Positions 22,502-32,918 of a DNA stretch of 64,000 nucleotides are shown here, piece by piece (position 1 is the first letter of the stretch; each line of letters begins with the position of its first letter). The position numbers and the translations under genes are program-made. This stretch comes from an uncultured delta proteobacterium (GTDB lineage: Bacteria > Desulfobacterota > Binatia > UBA9968), in the NCBI GenBank assembly GCA_963727625.1, contig CAVSHR010000008.1, forward strand, positions 128,001 to 192,000, in the 5' to 3' direction. Under the pieces are notes generated by a model. The model was not told the origin of the DNA. It ran no database searches and saw nothing but the letters and a program-made list of their open reading frames with translations.

Positions 22502-23461
22502 ATGATTTGGCCAAAGTCTCGCGAGGGGTCTCCAGGGTTTGCTCCCGTGGTTAGACGACAGCGAACTAAAATCGTTCAGCTAACGATACAGCTTATCGTT
22601 GCGGCAACGCTTCTGTGGTTGATTTTTAGGTCGATCAAACTCGATAGCGATGGCTTTGTGCAGGCTGTTGAGAACGCGTCGTTATTGCTGCTATTGAGCG
22701 CGGTACTTTGCTTTAGCGCTTCGGCGATCTTGAAATCACTTCAGTATTGCATGTTATTCCCACGCTCGCTGTCCGGCAGTTATATTGCCGGATTGGTTCT
22801 TTCCCAAAACGCTCTGCTAACTTTTTTGCCCTGGAGAACGGGAGAACTAAGTGTTCCTATTCTCCTACAAAAGGACCATAACGTTTCCTTGATGAAAAGT
22901 GCCTCTGCGATCCTAATCGTGCGGTTTCTAGATTTCTTGGTCGTTGTTCTCGTGACTATCATTGTAAGCCGGAATTTGCCCTTTCGGATAGAGTTCGCCA
23001 ACGCGATTTATGGCCTCGGCGCAGCTATGGCTCTAGTGGGTTTGATTTACTTAGTCTGGCGTCGCTTTCGATTGCAATCATTGTTTAGTGGATTTGTATT
23101 TACCATCAATCCGATTCGAAATCCGCTTCAGTTTGGCGTTCTGATTGTCCTTTCGGCCGGCGTCTTTGTTGTGTCCACACTCCAGTCTACTTTTACGCTG
23201 CGAGCCTTTGGGCTTCCTGTGTTGTTGCCCGAGGTCGCTCTGCTCAACGCTCTCACGCTACTAGCGGCGATTTTACCGATACACCCGCCGGGAGGGTGGG
23301 GAACCATTGACTCGATTCAGATAGCAATTTTACAGTACCTGCACTATCAACCTGAGCATTCGGCGCCCGTCATTTTGGTTGCGCACTGCTTCTACACGCT
23401 TTTGTTAGTTGTTGGAGGAAGTCTTGGATGGATTCTCCGAGTAAAAAGCTTGCCGAGATAA
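22502..23461 (+). CDS. lysylphosphatidylglycerol-synthase-TM family membrane protein (putative flippase)
   Basis: Multiple TM helices, FLPWRTGEL, RFLD, PPGGWGT. Confidence 0.75.
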   Translation: MIWPKSREGSPGFAPVVRRQRTKIVQLTIQLIVAATLLWLIFRSIKLDSDGFVQAVENASLLLLLSAVLCFSASAILKSLQYCMLFPRSLSGSYIAGLVLSQNALLTFLPWRTGELSVPILLQKDHNVSLMKSASAILIVRFLDFLVVVLVTIIVSRNLPFRIEFANAIYGLGAAMALVGLIYLVWRRFRLQSLFSGFVFTINPIRNPLQFGVLIVLSAGVFVVSTLQSTFTLRAFGLPVLLPEVALLNALTLLAAILPIHPPGGWGTIDSIQIAILQYLHYQPEHSAPVILVAHCFYTLLLVVGGSLGWILRVKSLPR

Positions 23462-24204
23462 GACGGTGGTTGTCTATTATTTCAGATGCCGAGAGCTTGG
23501 AAGCGCCGCAACGTGATTTTATTGGACACCGTGACATAATTACGCGAAATCTTTCAAGATATCATTTCGTCGCACCGCACGTATTTGGACGCCTGGTTGA
23601 GGTCGGCTGTGGTCGGGGTTACGGTCTCGACGTTCTGGCGCCGAAGAGCAGTGCGCAAGTGGGTATCGATATCTCGTCTAAGTTCTTGAGCGACGCGCAG
23701 CGAGATCACCCTGAGACTGTGTTTGTTTGTGCTACCGGTGACGCATTACCGCTGGTAAGCGATAAATTTGATTCGGTCATAGCTTTTGATGTTGTCGAGC
23801 ACACCCAAGACGATGTTGCGTTTCTTGCGGAACTAAGACGAATAGCTCGTCGCAGTGCCTTAATCGCGATTTCTACACCGAATAGGTTGATATCCTCCGG
23901 TAACAGAAAAACGCCCTTGAATTCATTTCATGTTCGAGAATACCTAGCATCAGAGTTCCATGATTTGCTCAAAGACAATTTTCGTTCGGTGGAAGTATTC
24001 GGACAATTTGACCAAGAGACCTCGGGCCTTTCTCGAAACGGGATGCTTGATCGGATTCCGATTCGCTGGAAATACTTTTTGCCACATAACGTACAATCGC
24101 TTCTAAGTGTTGCAATAAGGCCTCCGCTTCGCCTTGAATCTTGTCGGTTTCTCAACAACAATCTTGAACGCGCGCATACTTTTGTCGCTTTGTGTCGGAC
24201 TTAA
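23428..24204 (+). CDS. class I SAM methyltransferase
   Basis: RYHF, VEVGCGRGYG, FDVVEH, ISTPN, FHVREY. Confidence 0.88.
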   Translation: MDSPSKKLAEIRRWLSIISDAESLEAPQRDFIGHRDIITRNLSRYHFVAPHVFGRLVEVGCGRGYGLDVLAPKSSAQVGIDISSKFLSDAQRDHPETVFVCATGDALPLVSDKFDSVIAFDVVEHTQDDVAFLAELRRIARRSALIAISTPNRLISSGNRKTPLNSFHVREYLASEFHDLLKDNFRSVEVFGQFDQETSGLSRNGMLDRIPIRWKYFLPHNVQSLLSVAIRPPLRLESCRFLNNNLERAHTFVALCRT

Positions 24205-24417
24205 ATTCGCAAAATCATTCAAGCGGGGCGAGAATTATAGACCGTGTTCGTTATGGTTGCTGGCAGGTCAATCCTATTACGACAAGCGAGAAAAGATGAA
24301 TTTGTTCCGGAGCGAACGAGATCTCGTCGAGATCTCCCGACTCTTTTCGGTGCGGTGGACCTAGCCGTGAACGATAATTGTCTCAACGAGAATGGAATAG
24401 TTTAGGGGTGATACGGG

Positions 24418-25215
24418 GTGAGAGACTCCAGCTACACCGATCCATTCGGTAGTCATAAAAGATTTATACGATATGAGTATCGTATGGCTTTGGATCGTAT
24501 TTTGCCCATCTTATTCAAATGGGGCATCGAGGTGAATGGACGAAGAGTGCTCGATCTCGGCTGTGGCGCGGGTGGTCTGACAGTAGCGTTAGCTGAGAAC
24601 GGTGCCCACTGCTTGGGAATCGATCTTATTCCTTCCCAGATCGAACAAGCTTCGCGCTTTGCCTCTGAACGGCGTGTTAGCGTCGAATTTCTGGCTACTG
24701 ATGTTCTCAAATTAAATGAACTCGACAGAGCTTTGGATAGGCGTTCATTCCAATTGATTGTGCTGTCAGAATGTGTCGAGCATTTAGTGGACCGTGAAAA
24801 CGTAAAGTTCGTATTGAGTCGAATAAAGAAGTATTTAACTCCCGACGGTCTTGTGTATGTGTCCTTCCCGCCATGGTTCAATCCCTATGGTGGCCACCAG
24901 GCCGGTTGGCCAATAATTCGCCGCATCCCCTGGTTTCATCTGATGCCGACGCGAATTCAGCAATTGATTGCTCCTGCGCAAGTAGGGCATTACCTTAAGT
25001 TTTGTCAAGAGCTGAATCATTTAACGATTAGCTCTTTCGAGAGGATAACCGGACAAGCAGGACTGAAAGTCGTTAGGAAAGAATTATTTCATTTGCGGCC
25101 GGAGTATTACTGGCGTTATCGAGTTCCGACAATACGGTCGTCAATAATCGGCAGGATTCCAGCTCTCCGGGAAATTACAACCACGGGAGCTTTCTATCTC
25201 CTTGCAGCGGAATAA
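24418..25215 (+). CDS. class I SAM methyltransferase
   Basis: VLDLGCGAGG, ECVEHL, FPPWFNPYGGHQ. Confidence 0.88.
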   Translation: MRDSSYTDPFGSHKRFIRYEYRMALDRILPILFKWGIEVNGRRVLDLGCGAGGLTVALAENGAHCLGIDLIPSQIEQASRFASERRVSVEFLATDVLKLNELDRALDRRSFQLIVLSECVEHLVDRENVKFVLSRIKKYLTPDGLVYVSFPPWFNPYGGHQAGWPIIRRIPWFHLMPTRIQQLIAPAQVGHYLKFCQELNHLTISSFERITGQAGLKVVRKELFHLRPEYYWRYRVPTIRSSIIGRIPALREITTTGAFYLLAAE

Positions 25216-25218
25216 ATC

Positions 25219-26861
25219 GTGTCAGCACCCATTGATCAAGCCCCCTATGATTCTACCGATTCGGTTAGTCCACGGCGGTTATCTGTGAGCCAATTGGAAA
25301 TGAGTATCAAAATACCGCCGAAGGAGAGGATGAGCTACACCAGTGTTTTGTGGAAGGTGGTCTCAATATGTTTTGTTCTTTTGTTGATATTCGCTTCGAC
25401 CGTAAAGCTCGAAAGTGTGCCTCCCCTATGGTGGGATGAAGGCTGGACCCTATCGGTGGCTCGTCACTGGGTTGAAGAAGGGTTCTACGGGAGGTTGTTG
25501 CTGGGGAACCAGGTCGCCCCGGGCCTAGAAGCGCATTTCACAGTTACAGCCCCTATTGCGTTGTCTTTCTGGTTATTTGGCGTTGGTGTGTGGCAGGGTC
25601 GATTGGTCGGAGTGCTCTTCTTTTTCGGAACGACTGTCCTCTTTTACCGGTTGGCTATTCACCTCTATGATCGTTGGGTGGCCAACCTGACTCTGGTGGC
25701 GTTATTTCTAATGGCCATTGCGCCGCAATGGCATCCCGTCGTAATGGCCAGACAAGTCCTGGGCGAAACGCCCATGCTGTTTTTTTTGTTGGCCGGTGTT
25801 TTCTCTTTTACTTGGCAATTTCTCGTAACTTGTGCTTTTTCCCCTTTGCAGTAACATGCTGGGCGATTGGCACTTTGACCAAAGCGCAAGCTTTTCCGTT
25901 CTGGGCAGCATCTTTACTTCTACCATTGATGTTGATGGTTTCTTCTCGCCAGTGGAAACATGCGATTCTTGTTTCCTCGGGGTTTTTTTTCTCGCTTCTA
26001 ACTGCAAAGTGTATTTCCTTTTTACAAAGACTAATTCTTGCGCATCATACCCTGCCGAGTCCAGGCGTCACGGGTATCTACGATGTCTTGGCCTTTGTTC
26101 CAGACAGTGACGTCCGATTGAGAGCTCTCCAAGTATCGGTGTTTCTTTTGCCTACGATTATTGGGGTAGTTTACGCTTTCCGCGAATTAAAGTTAGGCAA
26201 ATGGCGCGAGTCCAGAAGCGCCGTTGAAGTTGGTCGTATGATGCTCTTGGGGTTCGTTGGTAGTTGGTTGACGTGGTACATGTTTTCGTCAAACGGCCAC
26301 CCTAGATACGCCTTTCCGGCTAGCTTTGTTGGGAGTATCTTCGTCGCGAAGCTGCTGCACGATCTTTTGGATAACAAATCTCAGATCTTTCAGTGGCGCA
26401 AAACAGCTCGTTCGTCAAATTTTCTAAACCGACATTTGCACCCTGAGCGGTTACTGGCAATATTGCTGATTGGCTTTTGGGCAATACCAACGATACGAAT
26501 GCTTCATAAAGTGTATTTTATCGACGCTGATCACTCTGCCTTGGAAGTTGCCCACTTTCTGAATACTCAAACGCCCGATGCCACGGTCGTGGAAACCTAC
26601 GATAGTGAAATCCAGTTCCTGCTTAAGCGTCCGTATCATTTTCCGCCCGATCAGATAATCGTAGATTTGATTCAACGAGCCATAGTCGGACACAAACGAA
26701 ATGTGGTGATCGGGTATGATCCTTTGCTCGCGGATCCAGATTACCTAGTGATCGGTGAGTTCATAAAAGGTTTAAGACTTTACGATCCTGTCCTTCAGAC
26801 CGATGCATTCCGTTTGATCAAGACGTTTGGGCAATATGATGTGTACAAACGGGTGCGATAG
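25219..26861 (+). CDS. GT-C fold (ArnT/PMT-like) membrane glycosyltransferase; frameshift near 25795
   Basis: WWDEGW, GVWQGRL, RQVLGE in ORF 25219-25854; continues in polytopic ORF 25674-26861 (LTK, PRY). Confidence 0.75.
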
Positions 26862-26909
26862 TGTGAGCTGTGAACACCACGTAACTCGCTTGCACCCGTG
26901 TTGCTTTCA

Positions 26910-29900
26910 TTAGTTTGTATTCCTCGTATCGTCAACTGTGAGAGGTGTGGTACCGACGAGGCTAAACTTATTCCGTTTAGTCTGGTTGTAGACCTCCACG
27001 GTTACGGTACCGGCGCTCAGTCCTGGACGCGGCCCGCCGATGCTGGTCGCGTCGGTGGGATAAGGAACAGTTAGACTGGTTCCGCTACCGGAAGTGGCGC
27101 GGGCCTGAGCGATAGCCAGACCGTCGCGAACGAAGTTAACGACGGGCAACCCGAAGCCCAGATTGGCAAAGCCACCGCCGGTGATCGTGAAAGCGGTAGG
27201 TGGAGCAGCTAAGTCTATTGGATTGGGGGTAATCGAGCTTACGCTGGGCGTAGCGCGTGTATCGTTGACGGTTAGAGGAGTAGTACCGATAAGACTGAAA
27301 CTGCTCGGTCCAGACTGGTTGTAGACCTCGACGGTTACCGGACCGGCACTGAGTCCTGGAGCGGCCCGCCGATGCTGGTCGCGTCGGTGGGATAAGGAAC
27401 GGTGAGACTGGTTCCCGTGGTAGAAGTGGCGCGGGCCTGAGCGATAGCCAGACCGTTGCGAGTGAAGTTTACTACGGGCAGGCCGAAGCCCAGATTGGCA
27501 AAGCCACCGCCGGTGATCGTGAAAGCGGTAGGTGGAGCAGCTAAGTCTATTGGATTGGGGGTAATCGAGCTTACGCTGGGCGTAGCGCGTGTATCGTTGA
27601 CGGTTAGAGGAGTGGTACCGATAAGACTGAAACTGCTCGGTCCAGACTGGTTGTAGACCTCGACGGTTACCGGACCGGCACTGAGTCCTGGACGCGGCCC
27701 GCCGATGCTGGTCGCGTCGGTGGGATAAGGAACGGTGAGACTGGTTCCCGTGGTAGAAGTGGCGCGGGCCTGAGCGATAGCCAGACCGTTGCGAGTGAAG
27801 TTTACTACGGGCAGGCCGAAGCCCAGATTGGCAAAGCCACCGCCGGTGATCGTGAAAGCGGTAGGTGGAGCAGCTAAGTCTATTGGATTGGGGGTAATTG
27901 AGCTGACGCTGGGTGCAGCGCGCGTATCGTTAACGGTCAAAGTCGTGGTACCGAGGGGGCTGAAACTGCTCGGTCCAGACTGGTTGTAGACCTCGACGGT
28001 TACCGGACCGGCACTGAGTCCTGGACGCGGCCCGCCGATGCTGGTCGCGTCGGTGGGATAAGGAACAGTTAGACTGGTTCCCGTGGTAGAAGTGGCGCGG
28101 GCCTGAGCGATAGCCAGACCATCGCGAACGAAGTTAACGACGGGCAGGCCGAAGCCCAGATCGGCAAAGCCGTTGCCGGTGATAGTGAACGTGTCGGTGG
28201 TGAAGCCAGGTCAATGGGATTCGGTGTAATCGAGCTAACTTCCGCCGCGGCGCCAGTCACCGTTACTGACGCACCATCTGCACCGGTGAAATTCACGTTA
28301 CCAGCAAATGTTCCTAAAGTGGTCGGCGCAAAACGCACTGTAACGTTCTGACTCTGGCCGGCACTGAGACTATAGGTACCCCCCGACACAATCGAGAAAG
28401 GCGCGTTAGTCGTGGCATTTCCCGCAAATATCCCGCCGCCGGTATTTGTGACGTAATATTGTTATCGCTGGAGCCCCCCAGGCCGACGCCGCCAAAATTG
28501 ATAGAGCTTGGTGTGACCTCAATGGTCGGGTTTGCGACATTGACGGTAATTTTGTCGTTGCCGGGGAATGTAAGGGTATAAGTTCCCGTCGCGCTCGGCG
28601 TCCATTGACCGGAATAGATTCCGTCTCCTGCCGCCTGATCGGCGCCGGCGCCGTCGTCGAGCAGCGTTACCGAAGAATTTCCCGGACTGACAGTGACGTA
28701 GACACTGCCATTGGGGTTGGCGCAATTGATATTTTGAAATGCGAGACCCACCGGTACACCCGGCGATGCGCTGATCGTGCTGTTGATCGGCTGTAAGCGT
28801 GTTTGAATGACTTTGTTGGAGCAGGTCATGGCGCCGTTGGCGTTGATCCGCTTTCCGCTGATCGTATTCGACATGGAGCTGACGGTATCGCCGCCGGCCA
28901 AAATCAGGTTTTTAATTGCGCGCCAATCCCGGTTGGGATCTTGAGCTTTGAGAAGAGCTGCTAAACCGGATACATGGGGAGTCGCCATCGACGTGCCGTC
29001 CAGCGATGCGTAACCGCCTCCGGGAACGGTGCTTAGGATGCCTTGACCGGGCGCGCCGACATGCACCGTGTGGCGGCCATAGTTTGAGAAACCGGCTTTG
29101 CCATCGTTGCTTTTGGTCGCGGCCACGCAAATGATATTAGCGAGGAAATAGTTGCAGGGATAAAATGGCGTCAGGTCATTATTCTGCCCGATGCCAAGCC
29201 AATTTCCGTTACCCGCCCCGGCGATGAATAGAATCCCGCTCTGGCGCTGCTCGTCGATGGCGTCATACAGCGCCTGTGAATTCTCATCTCCGCCCCAGCT
29301 ATTGCTGGTGGCGACAATGTTGACGCCACGCGCCTTCATGTCTTTGACATAGTCCAAGCATTCGATGGCTCCTTCGGTGGTCGCCGATCCGTTGGCATCG
29401 AAGAATTTGCACGCCAGCAGCTTAACGTTCCAGTTGACCCCGACCACACCGATACCATTGTTGCCCACCGCACCGATGGTGCCGGCCACATGTGTGCCAT
29501 GGTAGTGATCATCCATCGGATCAGAGTTGCCATAGGCCACGTTGATGCCGAAGCAATCGTCGACGTAACCATTGCCGTCATCGTCCACCCCATTGCTGTT
29601 GCAGTCGGCCGAGTTGCGAAACATGTTGGCCGCCAAGTCCGGGTGAGTGTAGTCGATGCCGGTGTCGATCACGGCCACCACCGCATCGCTGCTGCCGGTG
29701 GTAATATTCCATGCGCCGGGGGCGTTAATTTTGGTAAGACCCCACAAGCTGCCGAAACTCGGATCGTTGGGGATGGCGGTTAGTTCGGGTTTGGCAGTGA
29801 GCCTGAGGATGTAGTTGGGCTCGGCGTACAGTACGTTGGGATCTTGTTCCAGAGCGTCGATGGCGTCCTGAACCGACACGTTGGCGGCTAACTTCATCAC

Positions 29901-30131
29901 TTCGAGTCCGGGAACGGTTTTAAAGGCTCTTTTACGATTGCCGAAGACCCGAAAGCGTGCCAGATCCTTTTGCGACTGCTCGACGCCAGTACGAAATCTG
30001 ACGATGACCTCGCCGGAAACATATTCGGGCCCTTGTTTCTGCGATTGGGCGGCGTACTGCGAGCTCGAGCGCGTGTCCAATACCAGAAGGCCAAGTAGGA
30101 AGAGAACGGTAAGGCCGATCCGTTTGGTCAT
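26910..30131 (-). CDS. secreted S8 subtilase with choice-of-anchor-like and Ig-like domains and four IPT/TIG-like repeats; frameshifts near 28455, 28195, 27360
   Basis: Signal peptide, prodomain (YAEPNY), triad VIDTG / HGTHVAG / GTSMATPHV, LLDDGAGADQAAGDGIYSG; ORFs 28069-28389, 27335-27940 and 26910-27149 continue the protein. Confidence 0.85.
26913..28242 (-). repeat. four tandem ~333-bp (111-aa) coding repeats
   Basis: Equivalent GAGCT anchors at 27235, 27567, 27900, 28232 (spacings 332/333/332); near-identical DNA. Confidence 0.95.
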
Positions 30132-30676
30132 GGGAGCCTCCTGAAAATGACTTTTTCTGCACTAGCCGATGCGACCCGTGCAATATGAAATGGTTGCGTG
30201 AGCGCTTGTATCTGCATGCCGCCCGGCTTCGGTCGCTTTTCGATAAACGAGACCGTAAGTATGCTGTCGCTTCGTTGCGCGCTGGTGATCTCTATTTCAT
30301 AGCCGCCCGTAGGTTTTTCGCCGAGAAAGACCGCTATGATCAATTCGTTGCTAAAATCCATGGCTGGCGGCGGCGGCGAATTTGATTGGATCGACACATG
30401 CTTTTGCCACAACTTCTGCCATTCGGCTCTGTTGCGAATGACTGTTTGCAGGGACTCGCGGATGCCACTTCGATAGCCTTTCGCAACGGTTTGGAAAGAC
30501 AGTGGACTTGCTGACGCCATCTTGCTTTCCGCAGCGGTTAGAGAAACGAAAACAAACAAAATTGAAGCAAGGAAAACATGGCTCTTGCCCAACCGCCGCG
30601 GCCTCGCGATAACCGTAAAATACGGGCGCAAATTCGACATACTATGAAGTTGCTTCATGAGCAAAAGCCGATCCAA
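30128..30676 (-). CDS. PrcB C-terminal domain protein (protease complex subunit); start uncertain
   Basis: DFSNELIIAVFLGEKPTGGYEIEI ... QALTQPFHI; ATGA overlap with the subtilase gene. Confidence 0.8.
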   Translation of the reverse strand: MDRLLLMKQLHSMSNLRPYFTVIARPRRLGKSHVFLASILFVFVSLTAAESKMASASPLSFQTVAKGYRSGIRESLQTVIRNRAEWQKLWQKHVSIQSNSPPPPAMDFSNELIIAVFLGEKPTGGYEIEITSAQRSDSILTVSFIEKRPKPGGMQIQALTQPFHIARVASASAEKVIFRRLP

Positions 30677-31127
30677 TTAGGAAAAAGGGATCGAGAGTTC
30701 CCTTGATTTCCTCAGATCTCGCTAAAGTTCCACCAATGGCAAACTCTTGGTGCAGCCCCCGGCTTAACCGGCTGACATGGTTCGCCACCGTGTTGGCATG
30801 CTTATCGGTGCTTGCTCCGAGGACTCCCTTATAACTAAGGCAATGCTTGGTCAAGTCCTCCGTGTTAGGTTTATCGAATCGTTTTTCGGGTTCGAAATTT
30901 TTCCAAAAACTGCGTTACTATGAACGCGATGTTCGAATTGTTTGAAAGTTGACGAAGAGCTCTCAATAGTCGGTAGATTCTAGGTTCCAACGACAAGCCT
31001 ACTTTGGGAGAGCGTTGCAAGGTCTGCCAACATGTTTCCGGGGGCCGACGATGTGAAAAGGCTTATCTCATTGACGCTGGTAATTCGGCTGATTTGCCCA
31101 GTCGAACAAACTTACGCGGCCTAGGCG

Positions 31128-31218
31128 GTTTTTGACTCTCCCTAACCGGGCCTTTTGCACTGTGACAATTCGCCGTTAGATAGGGCTACTTTAATGGTCG
31201 AACTCGACAAGGTCGTGT
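31128..31218 (+). repeat. decayed duplicate of the glyQS promoter, RBS and first 8 codons
   Basis: Matches 32855-32943: ttttgactctc...aattcgc..ttagatagg...tttaATGGT; MVELDKVV vs MVDMDKIV. Confidence 0.85.
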
Positions 31219-31404
31219 ACGCGAATTCGGCAATCCGCCAGCATTTTCAGGACTTCTGTTGTGTTTAGGGGGACTCCTTGCGTATCGGAAGAGATCCATT
31301 CACTATTGGGAATCGGCCACTAGAAGAACATCGTAGGTGCCACCGCTGATTCGGCCGGAGTTACAGCACGCGCCATTGTAGACGCACCGGTTCAACCTTT
31401 CGCA

Positions 31405-32622
31405 ATGTCGGATAACACGATCGCAAAGTTCTACAGATTGATTTTAGCGGCGCTGGTTGCAGGCTCCATCATCTTCCATTTGGCGATCCTTTGGGAGAGT
31501 CGAAAGGAAATTGCCGCAGGCTACGGCGACTTCATCATCTTTTACACCGGCGCACAGATCATTAATGACGGGAAGTCGAAAGAACTGTTCAAGGTCGAAA
31601 CACAAAATGCCTATCAAGCAAAATTCGATGTTCCACAACTGGAATGGCCTTTGCCGTTTAATCACGCGCCGTATGAGCTGATCCCTTTTTTGCCGTTGGC
31701 CCATTTGTCTTATCCGGTAGCTCATGCCATCTGGTCGGGTCTGAATTTACTATTTTTAATCATTATGCTCCGATGGCTTCTGCCGTATGTTCATTCGCCG
31801 CATAGTTTCTTCATTGGAGCATCGGTCCTCGGCTGGTTTCCCACCATGGAGGCGCTGAGGATGGGGCAAGATTCGATCCTATCAACCTTGCTTTTGCTAG
31901 CCGTTTTTGTTGCTTTAAAGCGCCGCCGCGACGGTTGGGCGGGCTTTCTTTTAGCGCTCGGGCTTTACAAACCGCAGCTTGTCCTGCCGATGGCGGGTGC
32001 CTTCCTCGTCGGACGTCGTTGGACCAGTTTGGCAGCGTTCAGCATCACTGGCGCAGTACTCGTTGCTGTCTCCCTCGTCATGGTGGGATGGCAAGGTGTT
32101 TTCGACTTCGTATCGATTTTGAGATCGATGGGAGATTATTCCTTTATCATCTATCCGCGAAATATGCCCAACCTCAGAGGGTTATTGAATGTCACTTTCG
32201 AAGCGCTAAATCTTAAAATGGCGGCAGGTGCAGTAGCGGTTGCAATCTCGCTCGCTCTCTATGGGCTGTGCTTGTACCTTTGGCGACAGGAAGTCGATGC
32301 ACAGGATCCCGCATTCGACTTGATGTTTTCGCTGACTCTTGTGACGACGGTTCTTGTTAGCTATCATCTCTATGCCCATGATTTATTCCCTCTCACACTT
32401 TCTCTAATCCTGTTTTTTCGTTATGTAAGCTCCGGCTGGGTAAGCCATCGGCTTATATCCAACGCATTTTTCTGTCTTGTGATTATTCTTTTTCTTCCTG
32501 TGGCACCGCGTTATCTGATCGAATTCAAGTCGTTGGGGTGGGGAGCTATACCCATGCTGGTCCTATATGCACTACTGAGTCTAGAGATTTTTCGACATAG
32601 GCGGATCCAACTTGCAGAATAG
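31405..32622 (+). CDS. GT87 family (GT-C) membrane glycosyltransferase
   Basis: GDFIIFY, PFNHAP, MGQ, YKPQL, HLYAHD; polytopic. Confidence 0.85.
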   Translation: MSDNTIAKFYRLILAALVAGSIIFHLAILWESRKEIAAGYGDFIIFYTGAQIINDGKSKELFKVETQNAYQAKFDVPQLEWPLPFNHAPYELIPFLPLAHLSYPVAHAIWSGLNLLFLIIMLRWLLPYVHSPHSFFIGASVLGWFPTMEALRMGQDSILSTLLLLAVFVALKRRRDGWAGFLLALGLYKPQLVLPMAGAFLVGRRWTSLAAFSITGAVLVAVSLVMVGWQGVFDFVSILRSMGDYSFIIYPRNMPNLRGLLNVTFEALNLKMAAGAVAVAISLALYGLCLYLWRQEVDAQDPAFDLMFSLTLVTTVLVSYHLYAHDLFPLTLSLILFFRYVSSGWVSHRLISNAFFCLVIILFLPVAPRYLIEFKSLGWGAIPMLVLYALLSLEIFRHRRIQLAE

Positions 32623-32858
32623 AACGTGCAATTGAGCAGTCGCTCTAAATTTCTGCCTATTCAACACCCGCTGAAGGTCCAAACTGCCGTGGAGTGCCGT
32701 TTCATCATCGTCTGAACAACTGGTCTCCGTCACCCGCCCAAGGCTCTGAATGTTGCCTGCTGAAGCATTCTGTTTCGGTGCTGCAAATGAGAAGAATAGG
32801 GGAGCGTAGTCGGTTTGGAGATAAAAAACTTGCTTTTGCATCGGCTGAAAGCGTAGTT

Positions 32859-32887
32859 TTGACTCTCTCTCCCCTATCCATTACATT
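32859..32887 (+). promoter_or_regulatory. sigma70 promoter of glyQS
   Basis: TTGACT-N17-TACATT, ~30 bp upstream of the ATG. Confidence 0.65.
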
Positions 32888-32918
32888 GTTGGAATTCGCG
32901 CTTAGATAGGAATTTTTA

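Noticed and set aside
26913-28242. Tandem repeats as a CRISPR array or DGR template/variable pair
   Set aside because: Units are 333-bp coding repeats with no spacers; differences are not adenine-specific; no cas or reverse transcriptase gene
31016-31030. Possible sigma54 promoter (TTGGCAGACCTTGCA, minus strand)
   Set aside because: GG-to-GC spacing is 8 nt, not the required 10
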